Below, one piece after another: positions 39,882-49,873 of a stretch of DNA of 64,000 nt. Position numbers and translations under genes: made by a program. Within the stretch, counting starts at the first letter, position 1; every line of letters starts with the position of its first letter. The notes under the pieces are model-generated. The model saw nothing but the letters and a program-made list of their open reading frames with translations. It was not told the DNA's origin and did no database searches. This DNA comes from Marsupella aquatica (Eukaryota > Plantae > Marchantiophyta): assembly GCA_973895155.1 (NCBI GenBank), contig OZ316892.1, forward strand, positions 2,669,223-2,733,222, written 5' to 3'.

Positions 39882-42800
39882 CTATTGCAAATCATCAACC
39901 TCATCATATTCCATTTGCCCAGGTTCATCATATGTCTCTCTCAATGTTAAGGGGATGTAGTCAGTCCCTGCCCGAGTTGGAAGTACAGTCTCATGACTAG
40001 GATGCTCGAATGCAGCATGGTCATCCAAATTGAACTCTACTTTACTTCCATCCATCCGCTTGTTCCGTGCTTGGCTATGGCATACCACCCTCCAGCCATG
40101 GGACTCCTCCACATCTGCAAAGAAAGCCTGTTCAACTTGGCTAGGGAAAACAAAAGGCTAAGACCATTCTGGTACTCTGGACCTAAAATTGGCCAACAAG
40201 AACCCATCATGATCACGCTTCATGGTGGCCCTTGGTCTCTGCCACTCTGATTTCACCCATGATCCCTTCATCAATATCACTGGGACACTTGTGTTACCAT
40301 AATTCAACACCCAAATGTCGGTCAACTCCCCCACGTAACCCATCTTCATCCACCCCCTCTGTTCTTCAGAGGTTCTCTGCTCAAACACATAAATCAAACC
40401 ACAATCATATGATACACAATGGTCACCCTGCTCATCCCTCACTCGATAATGATTTCCATAAGCTCTCATCCGTTTGTAGGTTAGAATAGACAATTAATCG
40501 TGGTGGCACAGATAGAAGATACAAATCCTTCTCCATATCTGGGTGATGTCTACTATGATCTCGAGTTGTCACCCGAATCCACTGCTCGAACTGTGGGAAG
40601 GGATCTTGCTGCCCAGAGTGTGCAGCTTTTTGCATATCATATTCCCTGCAATATGAGGTACAGGCATAGTTAGGTCTAAACAACACATGACAACCTAAGA
40701 TCACCCTTGGAACAGACAAGAAGCATCACAACAAAGGCAAGTCAATTCAATCACTCACCTCCACCATGGTTGCATAGGCTCTGTGTTTGCCAGCACATAT
40801 GAATGAGCCTTGTCTCGAATCGCAACAGGCAGCTTAACAGCACGTCCCACACCTTCAACAACCTCGCCACTCACTCCATCATCTTCACCAGATTTCCAAA
40901 CTCTTGTCATAGCTTCACCAGACCTAGCCATGTACTCTGTTAGGAATCCCAACGTCTCATCCTTAATGTACCCCAATGCCATGGAAGCCTCTGGCCTATA
41001 GTATGTTCTCACATGACCTTTCAACAACTTCATGTATCACTCCATAGAGTACATCCATCTGGTACTGACTGGCCCATACTGCCCTAGCTCTTCTACCACA
41101 TGGATTAGGAGATGAGTCATAACATCAAAGAAAGCAGGGGGGAAGTATATCTCCAAGTCACAGAGGACATAAGCAGCATCCTGCTTCAACTGCTCCAATC
41201 CTTGGGGATCCCACACTTTCACACATATACGGCGAAATACATTGCACAGTCGAAGAATGACATTACGGACTGGTTTCTGCATGAGACCTCTGAGGCATAG
41301 GGGCAGAATGTGCTGCATCAACACATGGTAGTCATGTGTTTTCATACTGCCAAGTTTATTCTTTGTAATATGCTTCTTGAAGGCACCAGCATAGCCAGAG
41401 GGCACTTTCAAACAACTCAATCTATACAAGAATGTCTTCCATTCATCCTGTGTGCACACATAGGGAGCTTGGAACTTGAGAAGTACATTGGGATTGCTTG
41501 CATGGGGCTTCAACCAAAGGTGAGGGCGAATCCCCTTTTGTTGCATATCAGCTCGAACTGCTCCTGTATCTTTCTCACCCGACAAGAACTTCAGCAAGCT
41601 CTCACAAATATTTTTCTCAATGTGCATGACGTCCACATTGTGTTTGCTGGGCTCGAATTCCTGCACTCCACAAAGCAAAGAATTCAACAACAGAAACACT
41701 AATTAACCACATAGGAGGATTGTAACCAACATCAATCCACCATTGCTCCAATCTAAATTGCAATCATATAGGGGCTGGAGGCTAAGTACATTACCCTCCA
41801 GTACTCCAACTCCAAGTCCATCAAGGTCTGTCTTTTCACACCGTGTTTCACCACTGGATCCTCAGGTTCTCGATCAGTGGCACTTCTCTTGTCCCAATCA
41901 GACTTCCTGGCTGCCCACCTCAGGACTTGCTCTCTGGTGACCCTCTGTGGTGGGCCACAAAGCTTTGTTTTGTTGTTGAAGTGTGCAATTTGAGACCGTG
42001 TGTGCCTGTAAGGATGATCAACAGGCAGATACCTTCTATGCCCCTGAAATTTCATACTGTGCAGGGCATGCGACCACTCACTTGTCACATTTTTCCCACA
42101 TGGTGTGCACCCCACATAGCCCTTTGTCACTCATCCAGATATGATGCCATGGCCTGGGTAATCTGCTATATCCAGCAAACAAATTGCATGCAGTCTAAAG
42201 GGGCTGGGTCGAAGAAGCCCCTTCAGAACATCATGGGTTAACACCCCTTCTATCCACAAAGTCTTCCACTCTTCCACTGTTGGAGCCAACATGATATCTA
42301 TGAATTGCTCGGTCACAGAAGCTGGTCCAGGGATTAACAGCACCATCATGACAAAAAACCTCTTTGTAGTCATCCATGGGGGAAGGTTGTAATTTAGCAG
42401 CGTAACCAGCCAACATGAATAACGGTTGTTTTTGTCTCCAAATGGGTTTACTCCATCCAGTGATAGACCAAATCAAAAGTTCCGCTTCTCTGCAGCAAAC
42501 TGTGGCCACCTCTCATCAACAAATTTCCAATGGTTGGAATCTCCAATGTGACGCTGCAGGCCATCACTGCTCTTGTTATCAGGAGTCCATGTCATCAGCT
42601 TGGAAATGGCAGGGCATCTAAACAGACGTTGTAGTCTAGGAATGAGAGGAAAATGACGAAGAACCTTGGCAGGGTGTGTACATTTCCCTACATTCTTGTA
42701 CCTGTGCTTACCACAATGAGGGCATGTCAATTTATCTGCATGCTCTTTGCGAAAGAGAACACACCCATCAGGGCATGCGTCAATAGACACATAGTTCAGC

Positions 42801-43597
42801 CCAAGGTTAGACATCAATTTCCTAGCCTCGTACATATTTTTTGGAATTGAATTACCATCTGGTAACACATTTTGGCGCAGGAAGGTCAACAACTCTGTCA
42901 CAAATATATTGGGAACATTGTGATTGCCACAGATGTTCAACAACAACACGACAAAACCCAGCTTGGAGCAGTTCGACCCCTCGTAGATAGGAATGCAAGC
43001 TTCTTTGATGTGTTTTGGGCCCCCAAACACCCACTCCCTCTCTGCTGCACCTTCCCCAATGTCAAAGTTAGGTTCAGCTTGGCCGTCTCCAATGTGTGGC
43101 TACGGTTCATTGTCCTCTTCTGATTCCACTATGTCGTAAAAAGCATCAAGGTCTTCAAAAATCTCTTGAACCATTCTTGGGACATCCATCCCACCGTCCT
43201 CAGTGACTGCCTCTGCATCTCCATCTTGGTCATCCACGTTCTCATGTTGGACCCCAGGACCATCCTCTGCACAGTCTATGTCCTGCTCTACGTAGTCTCT
43301 ACGCCTAGCTATATTAGAATCCACAAAGTCAGCTCTCCACTCTTCATCAGAGGAGTCTTCTTCTGCTGGTACATTCCAAACCCTCCACTGAGGGTGCCTT
43401 TCATGCCGCAGCAGGTGAAGGTGCACAGTGTTCAAACTCAACGACTTGAATCCTTGGCACTGTGTGCATGGGCATCTCATCCTCCTACTCCTACCTTGGG
43501 CGGCCCGGGCTTGTTCACGCATCCACAATTTAGAATCATGATGCCTAATCCTAAATGGGTTGTGAAGAGGCAACCTTGGAGCCATCACTATACACAC
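39882..43597 (-). pseudogene. CACTA TnpD-like transposase (Transposase_21, DUF4218, DUF4216-type regions)
   Basis: RCPCTQC; IDACPDGCVLFR...CPHCG..RY; LRHFPLIPRLQRLF; DYPG; DVMHIEKN; MKTHDYHVLMQ; FPPAFFDVMTHL..H; RWMYSME; in-frame stops at 42131 and 41037. Confidence 0.93.
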
Positions 43598-43911
43598 GCA
43601 CTCAGCACCCTGTCATTTTATTATGCAAGTGAAAAATACACTTCCTGTTAAGGATTTCACCCCCGACTGTACTTGCCAAAATACGTAACGTTCCAAAAAA
43701 ACAAAAAAACAAAAAATATAGGTGCCTGAGTCATGTACCTATTCTCAAGTGAATGAGACAAAATTCCTAAATGTTTGAGGGTGTCAACTCCTCCGCTGTC
43801 CTCACATGTACTGCCTCTGCACGTACATCCATGACCATATCAGAGTCCAATCATGTATAGTCATAGACACAGGTGCCAGGTGCGAGACCGGTGTGAGATG
43901 TCCTCATCTTA

Positions 43912-44481
43912 CTACCACATCAAATACGGATACCAATCCTGTTGTCGATGCCACTCAGCCCTGAGGTACTCAAGCATGTACATTAAGTCATCAAGGTCTA
44001 AACCCTGCTCATGCCATGGTGGTCTTCGATCTGTACCTACAAGCAGTGGCAGCGGTGCCCTCCATGGTGCACATGTTGCTACCAAGTCCCTCCACTGGGT
44101 ACTAATTAGTCTATATTTGCAGATATCTTGTGCGCCAGACACCACAAGAACCCTCGGCCAGACATGTGTAAGAACTATATCATCTGCCAAATCAGGCAAC
44201 AAGGAACCACCTACAGCATCGTGCTTGTCTAACTCATCAGCTGAAAAGTAAATGTCCTCTTTGGACTGTGCATCCTCATTCACCACAGCATTCACAACAC
44301 ATCCAAGGTCTGCAAGCATTATCTCGGATGGAGCTACACTCTGTCTGGTTACCAATCCACACAAGTAAGCCCAAGCAGTAGCCATGCACGATGCAACCCG
44401 TAGGAGGACCCTACATAGGGCCTGACGGTCTAGAAGAGGCAGCATACCCACCAAAGTCTTCAGCCAAACAGAGCCCAGCAA
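43912..44481 (-). CDS. F-box-like ORF carried in the CACTA element
   Basis: SLLPDLADDIVLTHVWPRVL...KYRLISTQWRDLV fits the F-box pattern LP.LPDD....I..R....R.VS..W..L. Start uncertain. Confidence 0.5.
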   Translation of the reverse strand: MLGSVWLKTLVGMLPLLDRQALCRVLLRVASCMATAWAYLCGLVTRQSVAPSEIMLADLGCVVNAVVNEDAQSKEDIYFSADELDKHDAVGGSLLPDLADDIVLTHVWPRVLVVSGAQDICKYRLISTQWRDLVATCAPWRAPLPLLVGTDRRPPWHEQGLDLDDLMYMLEYLRAEWHRQQDWYPYLMW

Positions 44482-44621
44482 GTAGATTCACAGTCACACC
44501 CCACGCAGCAGGAAACAACAATCACTTCAACTGCGACCAACCATGACAAGATGAGTTAGTTCAAGGATCACATTTATTACAAAATTGGGATTTATACAAA
44601 AATATGAGGGACTCCTACTCC

Positions 44622-45143
44622 TCACTCTCTCCCACCTTTGCTAAGCATACATCTCCGCTGAATCTTGGAGGGCCAGGCCTCAAAAATATCAAAGTCCCAA
44701 GCATTCTGTCGCTTCCCTCTAGCTGCTGATTCCAGAAGCCAATCAGGGGAAAGCACCCAAAGATTGTTGTTCATGACAAAATCACGCACTATTGTCTTAA
44801 AGAATTTTCTGCATATTTTCATGTATGACATATCTACAACATGAGCGGAGGTTTCTGTTAGACTCTCCTCCACTGTCCCACCTAGCTCAACAACTATGGA
44901 CTTGTACAGTCTGCACTTAGTCTCCCCAATTCCTTCTTCTACAAATACCACACTGAACCCTTTCATAATGGTATTTCTCTCATTGCCATGCTCATTCAAT
45001 ATAGCATCTGCACGCATAGGATGGTGTCCTATGTTGACAACAGGTCCATATTGGACAGAAGCAAAGTTGGGTTTCTCTGCTGCTGCTTCATAGGCTTCCT
45101 TTTCAACCAAAGCCTCTGCAGTGGCCTCCTCACTCTCCCACAA
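44622..45143 (-). CDS. BRCT-domain exon carried in the CACTA element
   Basis: MKGFSVVF...KSIVVELGGTVEESLTETSAHVV...VLSPDWLLES...KRQNAWDF; probable splice acceptor near 45162. Confidence 0.65.
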   Translation of the reverse strand: MWESEEATAEALVEKEAYEAAAEKPNFASVQYGPVVNIGHHPMRADAILNEHGNERNTIMKGFSVVFVEEGIGETKCRLYKSIVVELGGTVEESLTETSAHVVDMSYMKICRKFFKTIVRDFVMNNNLWVLSPDWLLESAARGKRQNAWDFDIFEAWPSKIQRRCMLSKGGRE

Positions 45144-45201
45144 CTCATATTGCTCAGTACTCTGTACACACCTATGTTTAACAGAATTGGTCAGCCAAGA
45201 G

Positions 45202-48200
45202 TGTGGTGCGTCCCATGGCTCCCTAAACCCAAGAAACCCCCCAGCTCAAGCCGATTCCCGCAGGTTTCGTGCTTGGCGAGGCCGTTTCCGCGGCTTAGCG
45301 GCATGGGACGTTGCTAACCTTCTACTACTACTATTAACATTTTACACACATATACTGGACAGATCCTTCATCGGGTCATGAGATACGTAGCCGGCCTAAT
45401 ATAGGCCTTCCCCTATCTTCCCCTGTCTTCCCCTCCGTCTTGTTAGGTATGTTTGGATTCCGCCGCCGGAATGATCCCCAATAGGCTTGGTTAAGCCGCT
45501 AAGACCTCTCTCAGCTCGACACATCCAACTCTCACTCCCCTGCTTACTTTCCTTCCTTCTGTTGATGTGGGCACTCTTCACACAAGTTAATGCGACACAC
45601 AAATAGCAAAATGACTCATTCTGACTGAGTCATACCATGCACTTGCCATACAAACAGTACATCTCATACACAAGTTCTGCGAACTAAGCCGTGAGGCCAA
45701 CTCTATTCAGCTCTTAGGCATGAGGAAACATGAATATACACAAGGGTCACTGTATGACTAACCGAGAGCTTCTCGTACTACTTGATCCCAGCCCGGCTGG
45801 TGCAAACTAAAAACTTGCTAAAGAAGAGGCCCTGAGCTCCCCGCTGCCCAGGTACTTATCCTGGTAGTGGATCCGCCATTCTTTGCATCGTAAGCCTAAT
45901 CTACTTAACAGTAATCTACTTGCCCGAATCTACCTATGTACAGCAAGGCAGGAGCACAAGTGTTGCTCCTACCAGTGGGACCGCAATCCCACTAAGCTAA
46001 GTGTCAGGGCCGCTCCTGGTTCTGATCCTAATCCTAAACGTGGAGGTCCGTGCCCGCCCTGCCCACTCACGCCTCCTCCCTCCACGTCCGCCCTCCCTAA
46101 AAGGAACGGCGCCCTTGCACCGTCACGACACCGGTGGTGGATCCTCAATGGACGCCCCCAACACTTCCTCCTCAGCCACTGCCGTTGGCCCGCCTACTGA
46201 CAGATTACCTGCCCTTGACCGAGTCAACTCTCCATCGGCCTGACTGGGTCCACCTTCGGCTTCAGCCTCGACAACTCCAACGGCTTCGGCTTCAGCCACT
46301 CCCACGGCTTCGGCTTCAGCCAACCCAACGGCTTCGGCCTCAGCCAACCCCACAGCTTCGGCCTCCCCTTCCCCTAGGGTAGTTGGATCCTTAGCCGTGA
46401 CCCTGTCTGGGGTCGGTGCTGGGTCTACCTCCTTGATCACCACGGCCTGTGAAGTCGTATTACTCCTTGACCCTGAAGGTTTCCGCTTCTTCTTCGTTGG
46501 TGGCTCGGCAGCTGGTCCCTTCCCCTTCCCACTTACCTCCGGCACTGGTGCAGGTGGCGCGGCTTGTCCTTCGGCAATTACCACCCCTGGTAACTGGTTT
46601 GTCCCAACAGGAGATGGACCTGCTGCAGCTAAGCATTTAAATACTGCGGCTTGTTTCTTCAGCCGCTCTGTTTGGTTGTCGGCCCGCCGCTGTAGGTTCT
46701 CCATCTTCCTCGTGATTTCCTCCAACTCCTCTTGGGTTTCATCCAGGTCCTTACGTGCCCCCTCCAGCTCGTTTTTGGCCTCCTCCTGCTCCCTATGGGC
46801 TTCCTCCAATTCCTTCTTCAAGGTAGCCTTCTCCTCCTGGGTTGCTCTTAGCTCCTTGTCGAGCTCTGCAATGATGACAGACTCCATCTGGTTCATCTTG
46901 GCGTAAGTCTGTTCGAGCATCTCGTCCTTCTCCCTTAGGTCGGCCTTGAAGCTGGCCGTCAGGGACGCAAGCTCCTGCTGCAGCGCCATAATCCCTTGAT
47001 AGGATTTCCCTAACTCGACCTCCTTCTGCTCAAGGGCTCCGCGGATTTTCTCGAGCTCCCCTTTCAACGCCCATTCCTTTCTTTGGGTCTCCGCCATGGC
47101 CCGGCTGTTGGCTGTTATGTGGGCCTCCTCTGTATTCTTCAGCTCTTGCTTCCACTTTTCCCTTTCTTTGATCGTGTCGGCCAACTCTTCCTGCGTCTGA
47201 GTCAGTTTATCCTTGATATTCTGATTATCAGCCTGCGCGGCGTCCAACTGCCCCTGCATGATGTTCAGCTCATGTCGTTTAATCCGCAGTTCATCTTGGG
47301 CTTTCTTGGCCGCCCTTAGATCTTCAATCTCGGCTGCCATCCTCCTAAGCCGCCGAATGACCTCGTCCTTCTTGCTTCTCTCTAAAGCCACCGCTTCTTC
47401 TAATTGGTGCTTCTCCAACTGCTCCCTATGGAAAAAGGGTCCTACCTCCAACTCCTCTCCAAAGATGCCGAGCGCAAGTTCCCCACACATCTCACCATAT
47501 TCCATGGCTCTATTCTTAGCGTAGGTGGAGTAAGTAGAAGTGATCGGCATCGCCCATCGTGGCCTCTGCTCCCAAGCCGTCCTGCGGATCTCTTCAATCG
47601 TGGCTAGAGGTTTGCTTCCTTTTTCGGCTAGCCGCCTGATGTCCTCCGGCCAATCTCCTCCTGGTAAATCCTTTTCCTTAGCCAGGGCGGCCTCTTCCTC
47701 CTGCTTGATTCGCTCCTGAAATTCCTGCACCGTCTGTTTTATGCCGTCGAAGCTCGGGGGAGCAACATCTGGTGGGGGAGACTCAGGGCTACTCTGCTGG
47801 TTGGGGTCCCCTCGCACTACCCTTGGAAGTGTGGGGACAAACCGGCCACAGGTCCTTACTCCTGGAACGTGATGGTCCGACCCATAGCCGGAATTATCAT
47901 GGCTGCAGTCCTCCACTGCCTCCTCTACCTCTTGGATTTCCGGCTTCTCCCTCTCCTCTTCCTCGGTAGGAGCTTCAGGCAATTCTGCCTCAGATTCGGA
48001 GCTTGAGGTTCCCACGTACATTCGAACACCTGGCTTGGATTCCGGCCTGATTCTCTCCTTGTCTCCAGCAAAGGGGTTTTCTCTCGTGAGCCGGTGTAGG
48101 CCTACCTCTGTAGTAGTGTCCTGCATTGTTGCCGTTGCCATTGTTGTTGCCGATGCCGATTTCTTTTCTTTCTCCAGTAGTTTCAGCAGACTCTGCATGC

Positions 48201-49873
48201 CTGGTTGCTGCATCGGCAAGTCTTCCTTCCTGGGCCTAAACACCTGCTCGATCGTAGGACTAACAGGTGGTTGAGGCTTCTCAGCCAACGGCCTCGGCGT
48301 TGGAGCTTCCTCGGGTGCCCTTACCTGCAGGGGAAGTACCGGGGCAAAAGTCTGACCTCTGGCATACCGGCACAACAACGGCATGTGATAGCCAAGCCGC
48401 GACACGCTCCCCATGCCGATTACCTGCTGCTCCTCCTTTAAGATCTTCTTCAATTGGTTGAGGAGGTACCCGTTGTAGTCCCGGCTTGGGTCTGGCCTTT
48501 CTGCCAGATAGACCTGTGCCTTGCCGATCTCTGCCCTCGGCAAGTTACAATGCATGGTCACCCGCAAGAAGTCGATCATCTCTCCTATGTGCGGGTTGGT
48601 GCAGGTGTTCCGGAAGAAGCCATTCTTCGTTGATGGCCCGGGGAACGACCGGAACTCCTTGTCAGGCAAGGTCTTCCTGGTATCAACTTTGGTCTTATTG
48701 CCCATCGGCAAGCCAAACACTTCGGCAATCACCTTGGGAGTAAGATAGAAATCCTTCCCATATATCCTCGTGCAATTGGTCTCGGGTTCCCATGACCCCA
48801 CGAATTCTAATAGGTCTGACTCCGGTACCTCCGGCTTCAGCCATGGTAATCTTACAAAGGCCTCCAAGCCGGATCCGGCCATGAAGCCTTGGTACTTCTT
48901 GGTCTGCATGGCCGTAAAGCATGCATCCTCCTCCCGTGCAAAATGTAGTTGCACCTCCACCGGTAGGGTTGCCGCCCAGCCCTTCCAGGTGTCATCCCTG
49001 GTTGGAATGGCCTTGATGGGATCGACCTCCTCTTCTTCGGCTTCTCCTTGCCTCCTGCTCTGCTGCTCGGCTGGCTTCTTTGGTGCCGCCGACCTCGTTC
49101 TTTTTGCCGGGGTGGCTTCATCGTTGACGGCTCCCTTCCTCTTCATCTCTGCTGCCGTGGAGGTTTCTCCTAGCACCGTTGCCTGGGTCCACCTTTCCGT
49201 GCTACCCTTTAATTCCCAGTGTATGTCGTTGCAGTTCTTGATGGCCTCTCGGATGCCGACGACGCTGTCTTTGCAAAACAGAAGATCGTCGAGTTGATTG
49301 GAAGTAGGCGTCCACAGGAACTCGTCCTTGATGAGTTCGCCTCCTAAGAAAGCCGTCTTCTGCAGCTCCCACAATCGAGCGAGCTCCTGCCGTTCTCGAG
49401 CTGCCCTTTCTGACTCCTCGTCCTCGTAAGTCTTGATGTACTCAGTTGCCCGTTCGAACAGGCATCCCCAGAAATGTGCCGCTTGATTGACATTGCTCAT
49501 ACCCTCCTTAGGTTGATCGTCGGTATCTACTCTCTCCCCGAGTGCTTGCCTAAGCAGCTGACAGTAGTTGGCCTCCCGTAGTCGTCTGCCTAGTTCGTGC
49601 TCGCAAATGAGCCACCATCTCCTGCAAGCGCTCCTTACCCCTCTCCTCTGCCGGTCCTTCTTCCCGTTGATCCTTCCTAGCCACCGACGCTTAACGCGCG
49701 CTAACCCTAATCGGGTTTTCACCCTCAGCCTTACCTCCAGCCTCTGCCCGGGTTCCATGGTTGCCCCTAATTGTTTATATTTTCCTTGTTTTGTCACTAT
49801 ACTAAGGTGTTCCTAGGGTGCCTTCCTGCTTTACCCACTTAACCGGCCGAGTGATTCCTGTCTAGGCATCACA
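45202..49873 (-). mobile_element. Element C: 4672 bp TGT...ACA insertion with 5 bp TSD and one intact long ORF
   Basis: AAGAG (45197-45201) | TGTGGTGC...GCATCACA | AAGAG (49874-49878); 7 of 8 bp terminal inverted match. Confidence 0.9.
46123..49797 (-). CDS. Element C protein (up to 1224 aa; real start may be the ATG at 49500): plant-mobile/Athila-ORF-like domain, acidic linker, long coiled coil, NLS-like KKKRK, AEAEAVG repeats
   Basis: Uninterrupted 3.67 kb ORF; GLEAFVRLPW...EFV...TRIYGKDFYLTPKVIAEVFGLP; homologous to the 56009-57436 ORF. Confidence 0.88.
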   Translation of the reverse strand: MTKQGKYKQLGATMEPGQRLEVRLRVKTRLGLARVKRRWLGRINGKKDRQRRGVRSACRRWWLICEHELGRRLREANYCQLLRQALGERVDTDDQPKEGMSNVNQAAHFWGCLFERATEYIKTYEDEESERAARERQELARLWELQKTAFLGGELIKDEFLWTPTSNQLDDLLFCKDSVVGIREAIKNCNDIHWELKGSTERWTQATVLGETSTAAEMKRKGAVNDEATPAKRTRSAAPKKPAEQQSRRQGEAEEEEVDPIKAIPTRDDTWKGWAATLPVEVQLHFAREEDACFTAMQTKKYQGFMAGSGLEAFVRLPWLKPEVPESDLLEFVGSWEPETNCTRIYGKDFYLTPKVIAEVFGLPMGNKTKVDTRKTLPDKEFRSFPGPSTKNGFFRNTCTNPHIGEMIDFLRVTMHCNLPRAEIGKAQVYLAERPDPSRDYNGYLLNQLKKILKEEQQVIGMGSVSRLGYHMPLLCRYARGQTFAPVLPLQVRAPEEAPTPRPLAEKPQPPVSPTIEQVFRPRKEDLPMQQPGMQSLLKLLEKEKKSASATTMATATMQDTTTEVGLHRLTRENPFAGDKERIRPESKPGVRMYVGTSSSESEAELPEAPTEEEEREKPEIQEVEEAVEDCSHDNSGYGSDHHVPGVRTCGRFVPTLPRVVRGDPNQQSSPESPPPDVAPPSFDGIKQTVQEFQERIKQEEEAALAKEKDLPGGDWPEDIRRLAEKGSKPLATIEEIRRTAWEQRPRWAMPITSTYSTYAKNRAMEYGEMCGELALGIFGEELEVGPFFHREQLEKHQLEEAVALERSKKDEVIRRLRRMAAEIEDLRAAKKAQDELRIKRHELNIMQGQLDAAQADNQNIKDKLTQTQEELADTIKEREKWKQELKNTEEAHITANSRAMAETQRKEWALKGELEKIRGALEQKEVELGKSYQGIMALQQELASLTASFKADLREKDEMLEQTYAKMNQMESVIIAELDKELRATQEEKATLKKELEEAHREQEEAKNELEGARKDLDETQEELEEITRKMENLQRRADNQTERLKKQAAVFKCLAAAGPSPVGTNQLPGVVIAEGQAAPPAPVPEVSGKGKGPAAEPPTKKKRKPSGSRSNTTSQAVVIKEVDPAPTPDRVTAKDPTTLGEGEAEAVGLAEAEAVGLAEAEAVGVAEAEAVGVVEAEAEGGPSQADGELTRSRAGNLSVGGPTAVAEEEVLGASIEDPPPVS

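Noticed and set aside
46123-49797. Reading the 1224 aa protein as an envelope, SMC or myosin gene
   Set aside because: No signal peptide, transmembrane segment, Walker motif or motor domain seen; coiled-coil similarity alone is non-specific.
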